A DNA stretch of 64,000 bases from Auanema rhodensis (lineage: Eukaryota; Animalia; Nematoda), in contig OZ059900.1 in the NCBI GenBank assembly GCA_964057225.1, positions 20,894,001 through 20,958,000 on the forward strand, written 5' to 3'. Shown here piece by piece: positions 40,901 to 54,723 of this stretch. The position numbers and the translations under genes were made by a program. Numbering within the stretch: position 1 is the stretch's first letter; each line of letters starts with the position of its first letter. The notes below the pieces were generated by a model. The model was given only the letters and a program-made list of their open reading frames with translations, was not told where the DNA came from and ran no database searches.

Positions 40901-43900
40901 TGTATTTTTCTAGTGTTCAGCATGTAAAATGCTTCATTTTAGTATGTAACACGCTGAAATTCGTTGCATTTGACGACTCATATGAACAAAAATCGATTTA
41001 ATCAATATTAGCCATAAGGGGCGTGCCCTCAGAATATGCTAATTTCCTTAATTTTCTAACCCCTGTTTTTTTGTCGTGAAAGTGGAACTAGACGTTGTAG
41101 GAACAATTTTGAGCTAGGTTTCATTGACATTGCATGAGTTTGAACACATGAAATCGTAAGTCAAAACCTTGTTTACAGCGAAATTTCCAAAAACTGGTTT
41201 TCCAGCATAATAAAATATTTCTCATGGGAAATACTGTGTTTTTGTATTTTTCTAGTGTTCAGCATGTGAAATGCTTCATTTTAGTATGTAACACGCTGAA
41301 ATTCGTTGCATTTGACGACTCATATGAACAAAAATCGATTTAATCAATATTAGCCATAAGGGGCGTGCCCTCAGAATATGCTAATTTCCTTAATTTTCTA
41401 ACCCCTGTTTTTTTGTCGTGAAAGTGGAACTAGACGTTGTACAAACAATTTTGAGCTAGGTTTCATTGACATTGCATGAGTTTGAACACATGAAATCGTA
41501 AGTCAAAACCTTGTTTACAGCGAAATTTCCAAAAACTGGTTTTCCAGCATAATAAAATATTTCTCATGGGAAATACTGTGTTTTTGTATTTTTCTAGTGT
41601 TCAGCATGTGAAATGCTTCATTTTAGTATGTAACACGCTGAAATTCGTTGCATTTGACGACTCATATGAACAAAAATCGATTTAATCAATATTAGCCATA
41701 AGGGGCGTGCCCTCAGAATATGCTAATTTCCTTAATTTTCTAACCCCGGTTTTTTTGTCGTGAAAGTGGAATTAGACGTTGTAGGAACAATTTTGAGCTA
41801 GGTTTCATTGACATTGCATGAGTTTGAACACATGAAATCGTAAGTCAAAACCTTGTTTACAGCGAAATTTCCAAAAACTGGTTTTCCAGCATAATAAAAT
41901 ATTTCTCATGGGAAATACTGTGTTTTTGTATTTTTCTAGTGTTCAGCATGTAAAATGCTTCATTTTAGTATGTAACACGCTGAAATTCGTTGCATTTGAC
42001 TACTCATATGAACAAAAATCGATTTAATCAATATTAGCCATAAGGGGCGTGCCCTCAGAATATGCTAATTTCCTTAATTTTCTAACCCCTGTTTTTTTGT
42101 CGTGAAAGTGGAACTAGACGTTGTACAAACAATTTTGAGCTAGGTTTCATTGACATTGCATGACTTTGAACACATGAAATCGTAAGTCAAAACCTTGTTT
42201 ACAGCGAAATTTCCAAAAACTGGTTTTCCAGCATAATAAAATATTTCTCATGAGAAATACTGTGTTTTTGTATTTTTCTAGTGTTCAGCATGTAAAATGC
42301 TTCATTTTAGTATGTAACACGCTGAAATTCGTTGCATTTGACGACTCATATGAACAAAAATCGATTTAATCAATATTAGCCATAAGGGGCGTGCCCTCAG
42401 AATATGCTAATTTCCTTAATTTTCTAACCCCGGTTTTTTTGTCGTGAAAGTGGAACTAGACGTTGTAGGAACAATTTTGAGCTAGGTTTCATTGACATTG
42501 CATGAGTTTGAACACATGAAATCGTAAGTCAAAACCTTGTTTACAGCGAAATTTCCAAAAACTGGTTTTCCAGCATAATAAAATATTTCTCATGGGAAAT
42601 ACTGTGTTTTTGTATTTTTCTAGTGTTCAGCATGTAAAATGCTTCATTTTAGTATGTAACACGCTGAAATTCGTTGCATTTGACTACTCATATGAACAAA
42701 AATCGATTTAATCAATATTAGCCATAAGGGGCGTGCCCTCAGAATATGCTAATTTCCTTAATTTTCTAACCCCTGTTTTTTTGTCGTGAAAGTGGAACTA
42801 GACGTTGTACAAACAATTTTGAGCTAGGTTTCATTGACATTGCATGACTTTGAACACATGAAATCGTAAGTCAAAACCTTGTTTACAGCGAAATTTCCAA
42901 AAACTGGTTTTCCAGCATAATTAAATATTTCTCATGAGAAATACTGTGTTTTTGTATTTTTCTAGTGTTCAGCATGTAAAATGCTTCATTTTAGTATGTA
43001 ACACGCTGAAATTCGTTGCATTTGACGACTCATATGAACAAAAATCGATTTAATCAATATTAGCCATAAGGGGCGTGCCCTCAGAATATGCTAATTTCCT
43101 TAATTTTCTAACCCCGGTTTTTTTGTCGTGAAAGTGGAATTAGACGTTGTAGGAACAATTTTGAGCTAGGTTTCATTGACATTGCATGAGTTTGAACACA
43201 TGAAATCGTAAGTCAAAACCTTGTTTACAGCGAAATTTCCAAAAACTGGTTTTCCAGCATAATAAAATATTTCTCATGGGAAATACTGTGTTTTTGTATT
43301 TTTCTAGTGTTCAGCATGTAAAATGCTTCATTTTAGTATGTAACACGCTGAAATTCGTTGCATTTGACTACTCATATGAACAAAAATCGATTTAATCAAT
43401 ATTAGCCATAAGGGGCGTGCCCTCAGAATATGCTAATTTCCTTAATTTTCTAACCCCTGTTTTTTTGTCGTGAAAGTGGAACTAGACGTTGTACAAACAA
43501 TTTTGAGCTAGGTTTCATTGACATTGCATGACTTTGAACACATGAAATCGTAAGTCAAAACCTTGTTTACAGCAAAATTTCCAAAAACTGGTTTTCCAGC
43601 ATAATAAAATATTTCTCATGAGAAATACTGTGTTTTTGTATTTTTCTAGTGTTCAGCATGTAAAATGCTTCATTTTAGTATGTAACACGCTGAAATTCGT
43701 TGCATTTGACGACTCATATGAACAAAAATCGATTTAATCAATATTAGCCATAAGGGGCGTGCCCTCAGAATATGCTAATTTCCTTAATTTTCTAACCCCG
43801 GTTTTTTTGTCGTGAAAGTGGAACTAGACGTTGTAGGAACAATTTTGAGCTAGGTTTCATTGACATTGCATGAGTTTGAACACATGAAATCGTAAGTCAA

Positions 43901-46900
43901 AACCTTGTTTACAGCGAAATTTCCAAAAACTGGTTTTCCAGCATAATAAAATATTTCTCATGGGAAATACTGTGTTTTTGTATTTTTCTAGTGTTCAGCA
44001 TGTAAAATGCTTCATTTTAGTATGTAACACGCTGAAATTCGTTGCATTTGACTACTCATATGAACAAAAATCGATTTAATCAATATTAGCCATAAGGGGC
44101 GTGCCCTCAGAATATGCTAATTTCCTTAATTTTCTAACCCCTGTTTTTTGTCGTGAAAGTGGAACTAGACGTTGTAGGAACAATTTTGAGCTAGGTTTCA
44201 TTGACATTGCATGAGTTTGAACACATGAAATCGTAAGTCAAAACCTTGTTTACAGCGAAATTTCCAAAAACTGGTTTTCCAGCATAATAAAATATTTCTC
44301 ATGGGAAATACTGTGTTTTTGTATTTTTCTAGTGTTCAGCATGTGAAATGCTTCATTTTAGTATGTAACACGCTGAAATTCGTTGCATTTGACTACTCAT
44401 ATGAACAAAAATCGATTTAATCAATATTAGCCATAAGGGGCGTGCCCTCAGAATATGCTAATTTCCTTAATTTTCTAACCCCTGTTTTTTTGTCGTGAAA
44501 GTGGAACTAGACGTTGTAGGAACAATTTTGAGCTAGGTTTCATTGACATTGCATGAGTTTGAACACATGAAATCGTAAGTCAAAACCTTGTTTACAGCGA
44601 AATTTCCAAAAACTGGTTTTCCAGCATAATAAAATATTTCTCATGAGAAATACTGTGTTTTTGTATTTTTCTAGTGTTCAGCATGTGAAATGCTTCATTT
44701 TAGTATGTAACACGCTGAAATTCGTTGCATTTGACGACTCATATGAACAAAAATCGATTTAATCAATATTAGCCATAAGGGGCGTGCCCTCAGAATATGC
44801 TAATTTCCTTAATTTTCTAACCCCGGTTTTTTTGTCGTGAAAGTGGAATTAGACGTTGTAGGAACAATTTTGAGCTAGGTTTCATTGACATTGCATGAGT
44901 TTGAACACATGAAATCGTAAGTCAAAACCTTGTTTACAGCGAAATTTCCAAAAACTGGTTTTCCAGCATAATAAAATATTTCTCATGGGAAATACTGTGT
45001 TTTTGTATTTTTCTAGTGTTCAGCATGTAAAATGTTTCATTTTAGTATGTAACACGCTGAAATTCGTTGCATTTGACGACTCATATGAACAAAAATCGAT
45101 TTAATCAATATTAGCCATAAGGGGCGTGCCCTCAGAATATGCTAATTTCCTTAATTTTCTAACCCCTGTTTTTTTGTCGTGAAAGTGGAACTAGACGTTG
45201 TAGGAACAATTTTGAGCTAGGTTTCATTGACATTGCATGAGTTTGAACACATGAAATCGTAAGTCAAAACCTTGTTTACAGCGAAATTTCCAAAAACTGG
45301 TTTTCCAGCATAATAAAATATTTCTCATGGGAAATACTGTGTTTTTGTATTTTTCTAGTGTTCAGCATGTAAAATGCTTCATTTTAGTATGTAACACGCT
45401 GAAATTCGTTGCATTTGACGACTCATATGAACAAAAATCGATTTAATCAATATTAGCCATAAGGGGCGTGCCCTCAGAATATGCTAATTTCCTTAATTTT
45501 CTAACCCCTGTTTTTTTGTCGTGAAAGTGGAATTAGACGTTGTAGGAACAATTTTGAGCTAGGTTTCATTGACATTGCATGAGTTTGAACGCATGAAATC
45601 GTAAGTCAAAACCTTGTTTACAGCGAAATTTCCAAAAACTGGTTTTCCAGCATAATAAAATATTTCTCATGGGAAATACTGTGTTTTTGTATTTTTATAG
45701 TGTTCAGCATGTAAAATGCTTCATTTTAGTATGTAACACGCTGAAATTCGTTGCATTTGACGACTCATATGAACAAAAATCGATTTAATCAATATTAGCC
45801 ATAAGGGGCGTGCCCTCAGAATATGCTAATTTCCTTAATTTTCTAACCCCGGTTTTTTTGTCGTGAAAGTAGAATTAGACGTTGTAGGAACAATTTTGAG
45901 CTAGGTTTCATTGACATTGCATGAGTTTGAACACATGAAATCGTAAGTCAAAACCTTGTTTACAGCGAAATTTCCAAAAACTGGTTTTCCAGCATAATAA
46001 AATATTTCTCATGGGAAATACTGTGTTTTTGTATTTTTATAGTGTTCAGCATGTAAAATGCTTCATTTTAGTATGTAACACGCTGAAATTCGTTGCATTT
46101 GACGACTCATATGAACAAAAATCGATTTAATCAATATTAGCCATAAGGGGCGTGCCCTCAGAATATGCTAATTTCCTTAATTTTCTAACCCCGGTTTTTT
46201 TGTCGTGAAAGTGGAATTAGACGTTGTAGGAACAATTTTGAGCTAGGTTTCATTGACATTGCATGAGTTTGAACACATGAAATCGTAAGTCAAAACCTTG
46301 TTTACAGCGAAATTTCCAAAAACTGGTTTTCCAGCATAATAAAATATTTCTCATGGGAAATACTGTGTTTTTGTATTTTTCTAGTGTTCAGCATGTAAAA
46401 TGCTTCATTTTAGTATGTAACACGCTGAAATTCGTTGCATTTGACTACTCATATGAACAAAAATCGATTTAATCAATATTAGCCATAAGGGGCGTGCCCT
46501 CAGAATATGCTAATTTCCTTAATTTTCTAACCCCTGTTTTTTTGTCGTGAAAGTGGAACTAGACGTTGTAGGAACAATTTTGAGCTAGGTTTCATTGACA
46601 TTGCATGAGTTTGAACACATGAAATCGTAAGTCAAAACCTTGTTTACAGCGAAATTTCCAAAAACTGGTTTTCCAGCATAATAAAATATTTCTCATGGGA
46701 AATACTGTGTTTTTGTATTTTTCTAGTGTTCAGCATGTGAAATGCTTCATTTTAGTATGTAACACGCTGAAATTCGTTGCATTTGACGACTCATATGAAC
46801 AAAAATCGATTTAATCAATATTAGCCATAAGGGGCGTGCCCTCAGAATATGCTAATTTCCTTAATTTTCTAACCCCGGTTTTTTTGTCGTGAAAGTGGAA

Positions 46901-49251
46901 TTAGACGTTGTAGGAACAATTTTGAGCTAGGTTTCATTGACATTGCATGAGTTTGAACACATGAAATCGTAAGTCAAAACCTTGTTTACAGCGAAATTTC
47001 CAAAAACTGGTTTTCCAGCATAATAAAATATTTCTCATGGGAAATACTGTGTTTTTGTATTTTTCTAGTGTTCAGCATGTAAAATGCTTCATTTTAGTAT
47101 GTAACACGCTGAAATTCGTTTGCATTTGACTACTCATATGAACAAAAATCGATTTAATCAATATTAGCCATAAGGGGCGTGCCCTCAGAATATGCTAATT
47201 TCCTTAATTTTCTAACCCCTGTTTTTTTGTCGTGAAAGTGGAACTAGACGTTGTACAAACAATTTTGAGCTAGGTTTCATTGACATTGCATGACTTTGAA
47301 CACATGAAATCGTAAGTCAAAACCTTGTTTACAGCGAAATTTCCAAAAACTGGTTTTCCAGCATAATAAAATATTTCTCATGAGAAATACTGTGTTTTTG
47401 TTTTTTTCTAGTGTTCAGCATGTAAAATGCTTCATTTTAGTATGTAACACGCTGAAATTCGTTGCATTTGACGACTCATATGAACAAAAATCGATTTAAT
47501 CAATATTAGCCATAAGGGGCGTGCCCTCAGAATATGCTAATTTCCTTAATTTTCTAACCCCGGTTTTTTTGTCGTGAAAGTGGAACTAGACGTTGTAGGA
47601 ACAATTTTGAGCTAGGTTTCATTGACATTGCATGAGTTTGAACACATGAAATCGTAAGTCAAAACCTTGTTTACAGCGAAATTTCCAAAAACTGGTTTTC
47701 CAGCATAATAAAATATTTCTCATGGGAAATACTGTGTTTTTGTATTTTTCTAGTGTTCAGCATGTAAAATGCTTCATTTTAGTATGTAACACGCTGAAAT
47801 TCGTTGCATTTGACTACTCATATGAACAAAAATCGATTTAATCAATATTAGCCATAAGGGGCGTGCCCTCAGAATATGCTAATTTCCTTAATTTTCTAAC
47901 CCCTGTTTTTTTGTCGTGAAAGTGGAACTAGACGTTGTAGGAACAATTTTGAGCTAGGTTTCATTGACATTGCATGAGTTTGAACACATGAAATCGTAAG
48001 TCAAAACCTTGTTTACAGCGAAATTTCCAAAAACTGGTTTTCCAGCATAATAAAATATTTCTCATGGGAAATACTGTGTTTTTGTATTTTTCTAGTGTTC
48101 AGCATGTGAAATGCTTCATTTTAGTATGTAACACGCTGAAATTCGTTGCATTTGACTACTCATATGAACAAAAATCGATTTAATCAATATTAGCCATAAG
48201 GGGCGTGCCCTCAGAATATGCTAATTTCCTTAATTTTCTAACCCCTGTTTTTTTGTCGTGAAAGTGGAACTAGACGTTGTAGGAACAATTTTGAGCTAGG
48301 TTTCATTGACATTGCATGAGTTTGAACACATGAAATCGTAAGTCAAAACCTTGTTTACAGCGAAATTTCCAAAAACTGGTTTTCCAGCATAATAAAATAT
48401 TTCTCATGGGAAATACTGTGTTTTTGTATTTTTCTAGTGTTCAGCATGTGAAATGCTTCATTTTAGTATGTAACACGCTGAAATTCGTTGCATTTGACGA
48501 CTCATATGAACAAAAATCGATTTAATCAATATTAGCCATAAGGGGCGTGCCCTCAGAATATGCTAATTTCCTTAATTTTCTAACCCCGGTTTTTTTGTCG
48601 TGAAAGTGGAATTAGACGTTGTAGGAACAATTTTGAGCTAGGTTTCATTGACATTGCATGAGTTTGAACACATGAAATCGTAAGTCAAAACCTTGTTTAC
48701 AGCGAAATTTCCAAAAACTGGTTTTCCAGCATAATAAAATATTTCTCATGGGAAATACTGTGTTTTTGTATTTTTCTAGTGTTCAGCATGTAAAATGTTT
48801 CATTTTAGTATGTAACACGCTGAAATTCGTTGCATTTGACGACTCATATGAACAAAAATCGATTTAATCAATATTAGCCATAAGGGGCGTGCCCTCAGAA
48901 TATGCTAATTTCCTTAATTTTCTAACCCCTGTTTTTTTGTCGTGAAAGTGGAACTAGACGTTGTGGGAACAATTTTGAGCTAGGTTTCATTGACATTGCA
49001 TGAGTTTGAACACATGAAATCGTAAGTCAAAACCTTGTTTACAGCGAAATTTCCAAAAACTGGTTTTCCAGCATAATAAAATATTTCTCATGGGAAATAC
49101 TGTGTTTTTGTATTTTTCTAGTGTTCAGCATGTAAAATGCTTCATTTTAGTATGTAACACGCTGAAATTCGTTGCATTTGACGACTCATATGAACAAAAA
49201 TCGATTTAATCAATATTAGCCATAAGGGGCGTGCCCTCAGAATATGCTAAT

Positions 49252-52200
49252 TTCCTTAATTTTCTAACCCCTGTTTTTTTGTCGTGAAAGTGGAACTAGA
49301 CGTTGTAGGAACAATTTTGAGCTAGGTTTCATTGACATTGCATGAGTTTGAACACATGAAATCGTAAGTCAAAACCTTGTTTACAGCGAAATTTCCAAAA
49401 ACTGGTTTTCCAGCATAATAAAATATTTCTCATGGGAAATACTGTGTTTTTGTATTTTTCTAGTGTTCAGCATGTGAAATGCTTCATTTTAGTATGTAAC
49501 ACGCTGAAATTCGTTGCATTTGACGACTCATATGAACAAAAATCGATTTAATCAATATTAGCCATAAGGGGCGTGCCCTCAGAATATGCTAATTTCCTTA
49601 ATTTTCTAACCCCGGTTTTTTTGTCGTGAAAGTGGAATTAGACGTTGTAGGAACAATTTTGAGCTAGGTTTCATTGACATTGCATGAGTTTGAACACATG
49701 AAATCGTAAGTCAAAACCTTGTTTACAGCGAAATTTCCAAAAACTGGTTTTCCAGCATAATAAAATATTTCTCATGGGAAATACTGTGTTTTTGTATTTT
49801 TCTAGTGTTCAGCATGTAAAATGTTTCATTTTAGTATGTAACACGCTGAAATTCGTTGCATTTGACGACTCATATGAACAAAAATCGATTTAATCAATAT
49901 TAGCCATAAGGGGCGTGCCCTCAGAATATGCTAATTTCCTTAATTTTCTAACCCCTGTTTTTTTGTCGTGAAAGTGGAACTAGACGTTGTGGGAACAATT
50001 TTGAGCTAGGTTTCATTGACATTGCATGAGTTTGAACACATGAAATCGTAAGTCAAAACCTTGTTTACAGCGAAATTTCCAAAAACTGGTTTTCCAGCAT
50101 AATAAAATATTTCTCATGGGAAATACTGTGTTTTTGTATTTTTCTAGTGTTCAGCATGTAAAATGCTTCATTTTAGTATGTAACACGCTGAAATTCGTTG
50201 CATTTGACGACTCATATGAACAAAAATCGATTTAATCAATATTAGCCATAAGGGGCGTGCCCTCAGAATATGCTAATTTCCTTAATTTTCTAACCCCTGT
50301 TTTTTTGTCGTGAAAGTGGAATTAGACGTTGTAGGAACAATTTTGAGCTAGGTTTCATTGACATTGCATGAGTTTGAACGCATGAAATCGTAAGTCAAAA
50401 CCTTGTTTACAGCGAAATTTCCAAAAACTGGTTTTCCAGCATAATAAAATATTTCTCATGGGAAATACTGTGTTTTTGTATTTTTATAGTGTTCAGCATG
50501 TAAAATGCTTCATTTTAGTATGTAACACGCTGAAATTCGTTGCATTTGACGACTCATATGAACAAAAATCGATTTAATCAATATTAGCCATAAGGGGCGT
50601 GCCCTCAGAATATGCTAATTTCCTTAATTTTCTAACCCCGGTTTTTTTGTCGTGAAAGTGGAATTAGACGTTGTAGGAACAATTTTGAGCTAGGTTTCAT
50701 TGACATTGCATGAGTTTGAACACATGAAATCGTAAGTCAAAACCTTGTTTACAGCGAAATTTCCAAAAACTGGTTTTCCAGCATAATAAAATATTTCTCA
50801 TGGGAAATACTGTGTTTTTGTATTTTTCTAGTGTTCAGCATGTAAAATGCTTCATTTTAGTATGTAACACGCTGAAATTCGTTGCATTTGACTACTCATA
50901 TGAACAAAAATCGATTTAATCAATATTAGCCATAAGGGGCGTGCCCTCAGAATATGCTAATTTCCTTAATTTTCTAACCCCTGTTTTTTTGTCGTGAAAG
51001 TGGAACTAGACGTTGTAGGAACAATTTTGAGCTAGGTTTCATTGACATTGCATGAGTTTGAACACATGAAATCGTAAGTCAAAACCTTGTTTACAGCGAA
51101 ATTTCCAAAAACTGGTTTTCCAGCATAATAAAATATTTCTCATGAGAAATACTGTGTTTTTGTATTTTTCTAGTGTTCAGCATGTAAAATGCTTCATTTT
51201 AGTATGTAACACGATGAAATTCGTTGCATTTGACGACTCATATGAACAAAAATCGATTTAATCAATATTAGCCATAAGGGGCGTGCCCTCAGAATATGCT
51301 AATTTCATTAATTTTCTAACCCCTGTTTTTTTGTCGTGAAAGTGGAACTAGACGTTGTAGGAACAATTTTGAGCTAGGTTTCATTGACATTGCATGAGTT
51401 TGAACACATGAAATCGTAAGTCAAAACCTTGTTTACAGCGAAATTTCCAAAAACTGGTTTTCCAGCATAATAAAATATTTCTCATGGGAAATACTGTGTT
51501 TTTGTATTTTTCTAGTGTTCAGCATGTAAAATGCTTCATTTTAGTATGTAACACGCTGAAATTCGTTGCATTTGACGACTCATATGAACAAAAATCGATT
51601 TAATCAATATTAGCCATAAGGGGCGTGCCCTCAGAATATGCTAATTTCCTTAATTTTCTAACCCCTGTTTTTTTGTCGTGAAAGTGGAACTAGACGTTGT
51701 AGGAACAATTTTGAGCTAGGTTTCATTGACATTGCATGAGTTTGAACACATGAAATCGTAAGTCAAATCCTTGTTTACAGCGAAATTTCCAAAAACTGGT
51801 TTTCCAGCATAATAAAATATTTCTCATGGGAAATACTGTGTTTTTGTATTTTTCTAGTGTTCAGCATGTGAAATGCTTCATTTTAGTATGTAACACGCTG
51901 AAATTCGTTGCATTTGACGACTCATATGAACAAAAATCGATTTAATCAATATTAGCCATAAGGGGCGTGCCCTCAGAATATGCTAATTTCCTTAATTTTC
52001 TAACCCCGGTTTTTTTGTCGTGAAAGTGGAATTAGACGTTGTAGGAACAATTTTGAGCTAGGTTTCATTGACATTGCATCAGTTTGAACACATGAAATCG
52101 TAAGTCAAAACCTTGTTTACAGCGAAATTTCCAAAAACTGGTTTTCCAGCATAATAAAATATTTCTCATGGGAAATACTGTGTTTTTGTATTTTTCTAGT

Positions 52201-54723
52201 GTTCAGCATGTAAAATGTTTCATTTTAGTATGTAACACGCTGAAATTCGTTGCATTTGACGACTCATATGAACAAAAATCGATTTAATCAATATTAGCCA
52301 TAAGGGGCGTGCCCTCAGAATATGCTAATTTCCTTAATTTTCTAACCCCTGTTTTTTTGTCGTGAAAGTGGAACTAGACGTTGTGGGAACAATTTTGAGC
52401 TAGGTTTCATTGACATTGCATGAGTTTGAACACATGAAATCGTAAGTCAAAACCTTGTTTACAGCGAAATTTCCAAAAACTGGTTTTCCAGCATAATAAA
52501 ATATTTCTCATGGGAAATACTGTGTTTTTGTATTTTTCTAGTGTTCAGCATGTAAAATGCTTCATTTTAGTATGTAACACGCTGAAATTCGTTGCATTTG
52601 ACGACTCATATGAACAAAAATCGATTTAATCAATATTAGCCATAAGGGGCGTGCCCTCAGAATATGCTAATTTCCTTAATTTTCTAACCCCTGTTTTTTT
52701 GTCGTGAAAGTGGAATTAGACGTTGTAGGAACAATTTTGAGCTAGGTTTCATTGACATTGCATGAGTTTGAACGCATGAAATCGTAAGTCAAAACCTTGT
52801 TTACAGCGAAATTTCCAAAAACTGGTTTTCCAGCATAATAAAATATTTCTCATGGGAAATACTGTGTTTTTGTATTTTTATAGTGTTCAGCATGTAAAAT
52901 GCTTCATTTTAGTATGTAACACGCTGAAATTCGTTGCATTTGACGACTCATATGAACAAAAATCGATTTAATCAATATTAGCCATAAGGGGCGTGCCCTC
53001 AGAATATGCTAATTTCCTTAATTTTCTAACCCCGGTTTTTTTGTCGTGAAAGTGGAATTAGACGTTGTAGGAACAATTTTGAGCTAGGTTTCATTGACAT
53101 TGCATGAGTTTGAACACATGAAATCGTAAGTCAAAACCTTGTTTACAGCGAAATTTCCAAAAACTGGTTTTCCAGCATAATAAAATATTTCTCATGGGAA
53201 ATACTGTGTTTTTGTATTTTTCTAGTGTTCAGCATGTAAAATGCTTCATTTTAGTATGTAACACGCTGAAATTCGTTGCATTTGACTACTCATATGAACA
53301 AAAATCGATTTAATCAATATTAGCCATAAGGGGCGTGCCCTCAGAATATGCTAATTTCCTTAATTTTCTAACCCCTGTTTTTTTGTCGTGAAAGTGGAAC
53401 TAGACGTTGTAGGAACAATTTTGAGCTAGGTTTCATTGACATTGCATGAGTTTGAACACATGAAATCGTAAGTCAAAACCTTGTTTACAGCGAAATTTCC
53501 AAAAACTGGTTTTCCAGCATAATAAAATATTTCTCATGAGAAATACTGTGTTTTTGTATTTTTCTAGTGTTCAGCATGTAAAATGCTTCATTTTAGTATG
53601 TAACACGATGAAATTCGTTGCATTTGACGACTCATATGAACAAAAATCGATTTAATCAATATTAGCCATAAGGGGCGTGCCCTCAGAATATGCTAATTTC
53701 ATTAATTTTCTAACCCCTGTTTTTTTGTCGTGAAAGTGGAACTAGACGTTGTAGGAACAATTTTGAGCTAGGTTTCATTGACATTGCATGAGTTTGAACA
53801 CATGAAATCGTAAGTCAAAACCTTGTTTACAGCGAAATTTCCAAAAACTGGTTTTCCAGCATAATAAAATATTTCTCATGGGAAATACTGTGTTTTTGTA
53901 TTTTTCTAGTGTTCAGCATGTAAAATGCTTCATTTTAGTATGTAACACGCTGAAATTCGTTGCATTTGACGACTCATATGAACAAAAATCGATTTAATCA
54001 ATATTAGCCATAAGGGGCGTGCCCTCAGAATATGCTAATTTCCTTAATTTTCTAACCCCTGTTTTTTTGTCGTGAAAGTGGAACTAGACGTTGCAGGAAC
54101 AATTTTGAGCTAGGTTTCATTGACATTGCATGAGTTTGAACACATGAAATCGTAAGTCAAAACCTTGTTTACAGCGAAATTTCCAAAAACTGGTTTTCCA
54201 GCATAATAAAATATTTCTCATGGGAAATACTGTGTTTTTGTATTTTTCTAGTGTTCAGCATGTGAAATGCTTCATTTTAGTATGTAACACGCTGAAATTC
54301 GTTGCATTTGACGACTCATATGAACAAAAATCGATTTAATCAATATTAGCCATAAGGGGCGTGCCCTCAGAATATGCTAATTTCCTTAATTTTCTAACCC
54401 CGGTTTTTTTGTCGTGAAAGTGGAATTAGACGTTGTAGGAACAATTTTGAGCTAGGTTTCATTGACATTGCATCAGTTTGAACACATGAAATCGTAAGTC
54501 AAAACCTTGTTTACAGCGAAAATTCCAAAAACTGGTTTTCCAGCATAATAAAATATTTCTCATGGGAAATACTGTGTTTTTGTATTTTTCTAGTGTTCAG
54601 CATGTAAAATGCTTCATTTTAGTATGTAACACGCTGAAATTCGTTGCATTTGACTACTCATATGAACAAAAATCGATTTAATCAATATTAGCCATAAGGG
54701 GCGTGCCCTCAGAATATGCTAAT
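49252..54723 (+). repeat. 7-monomer duplication (period 2394 bp), about 2.3 copies
   Basis: The series TGTGA; CCGG+GAATT+GTTT; TGTGGG; AACGC+TATAG; CCGG+GACTAC; GAGA+CGATG; TTCATT starts at 49252 and 51646. The private variant CATCAG is at 52080 and 54474. Confidence 0.85.
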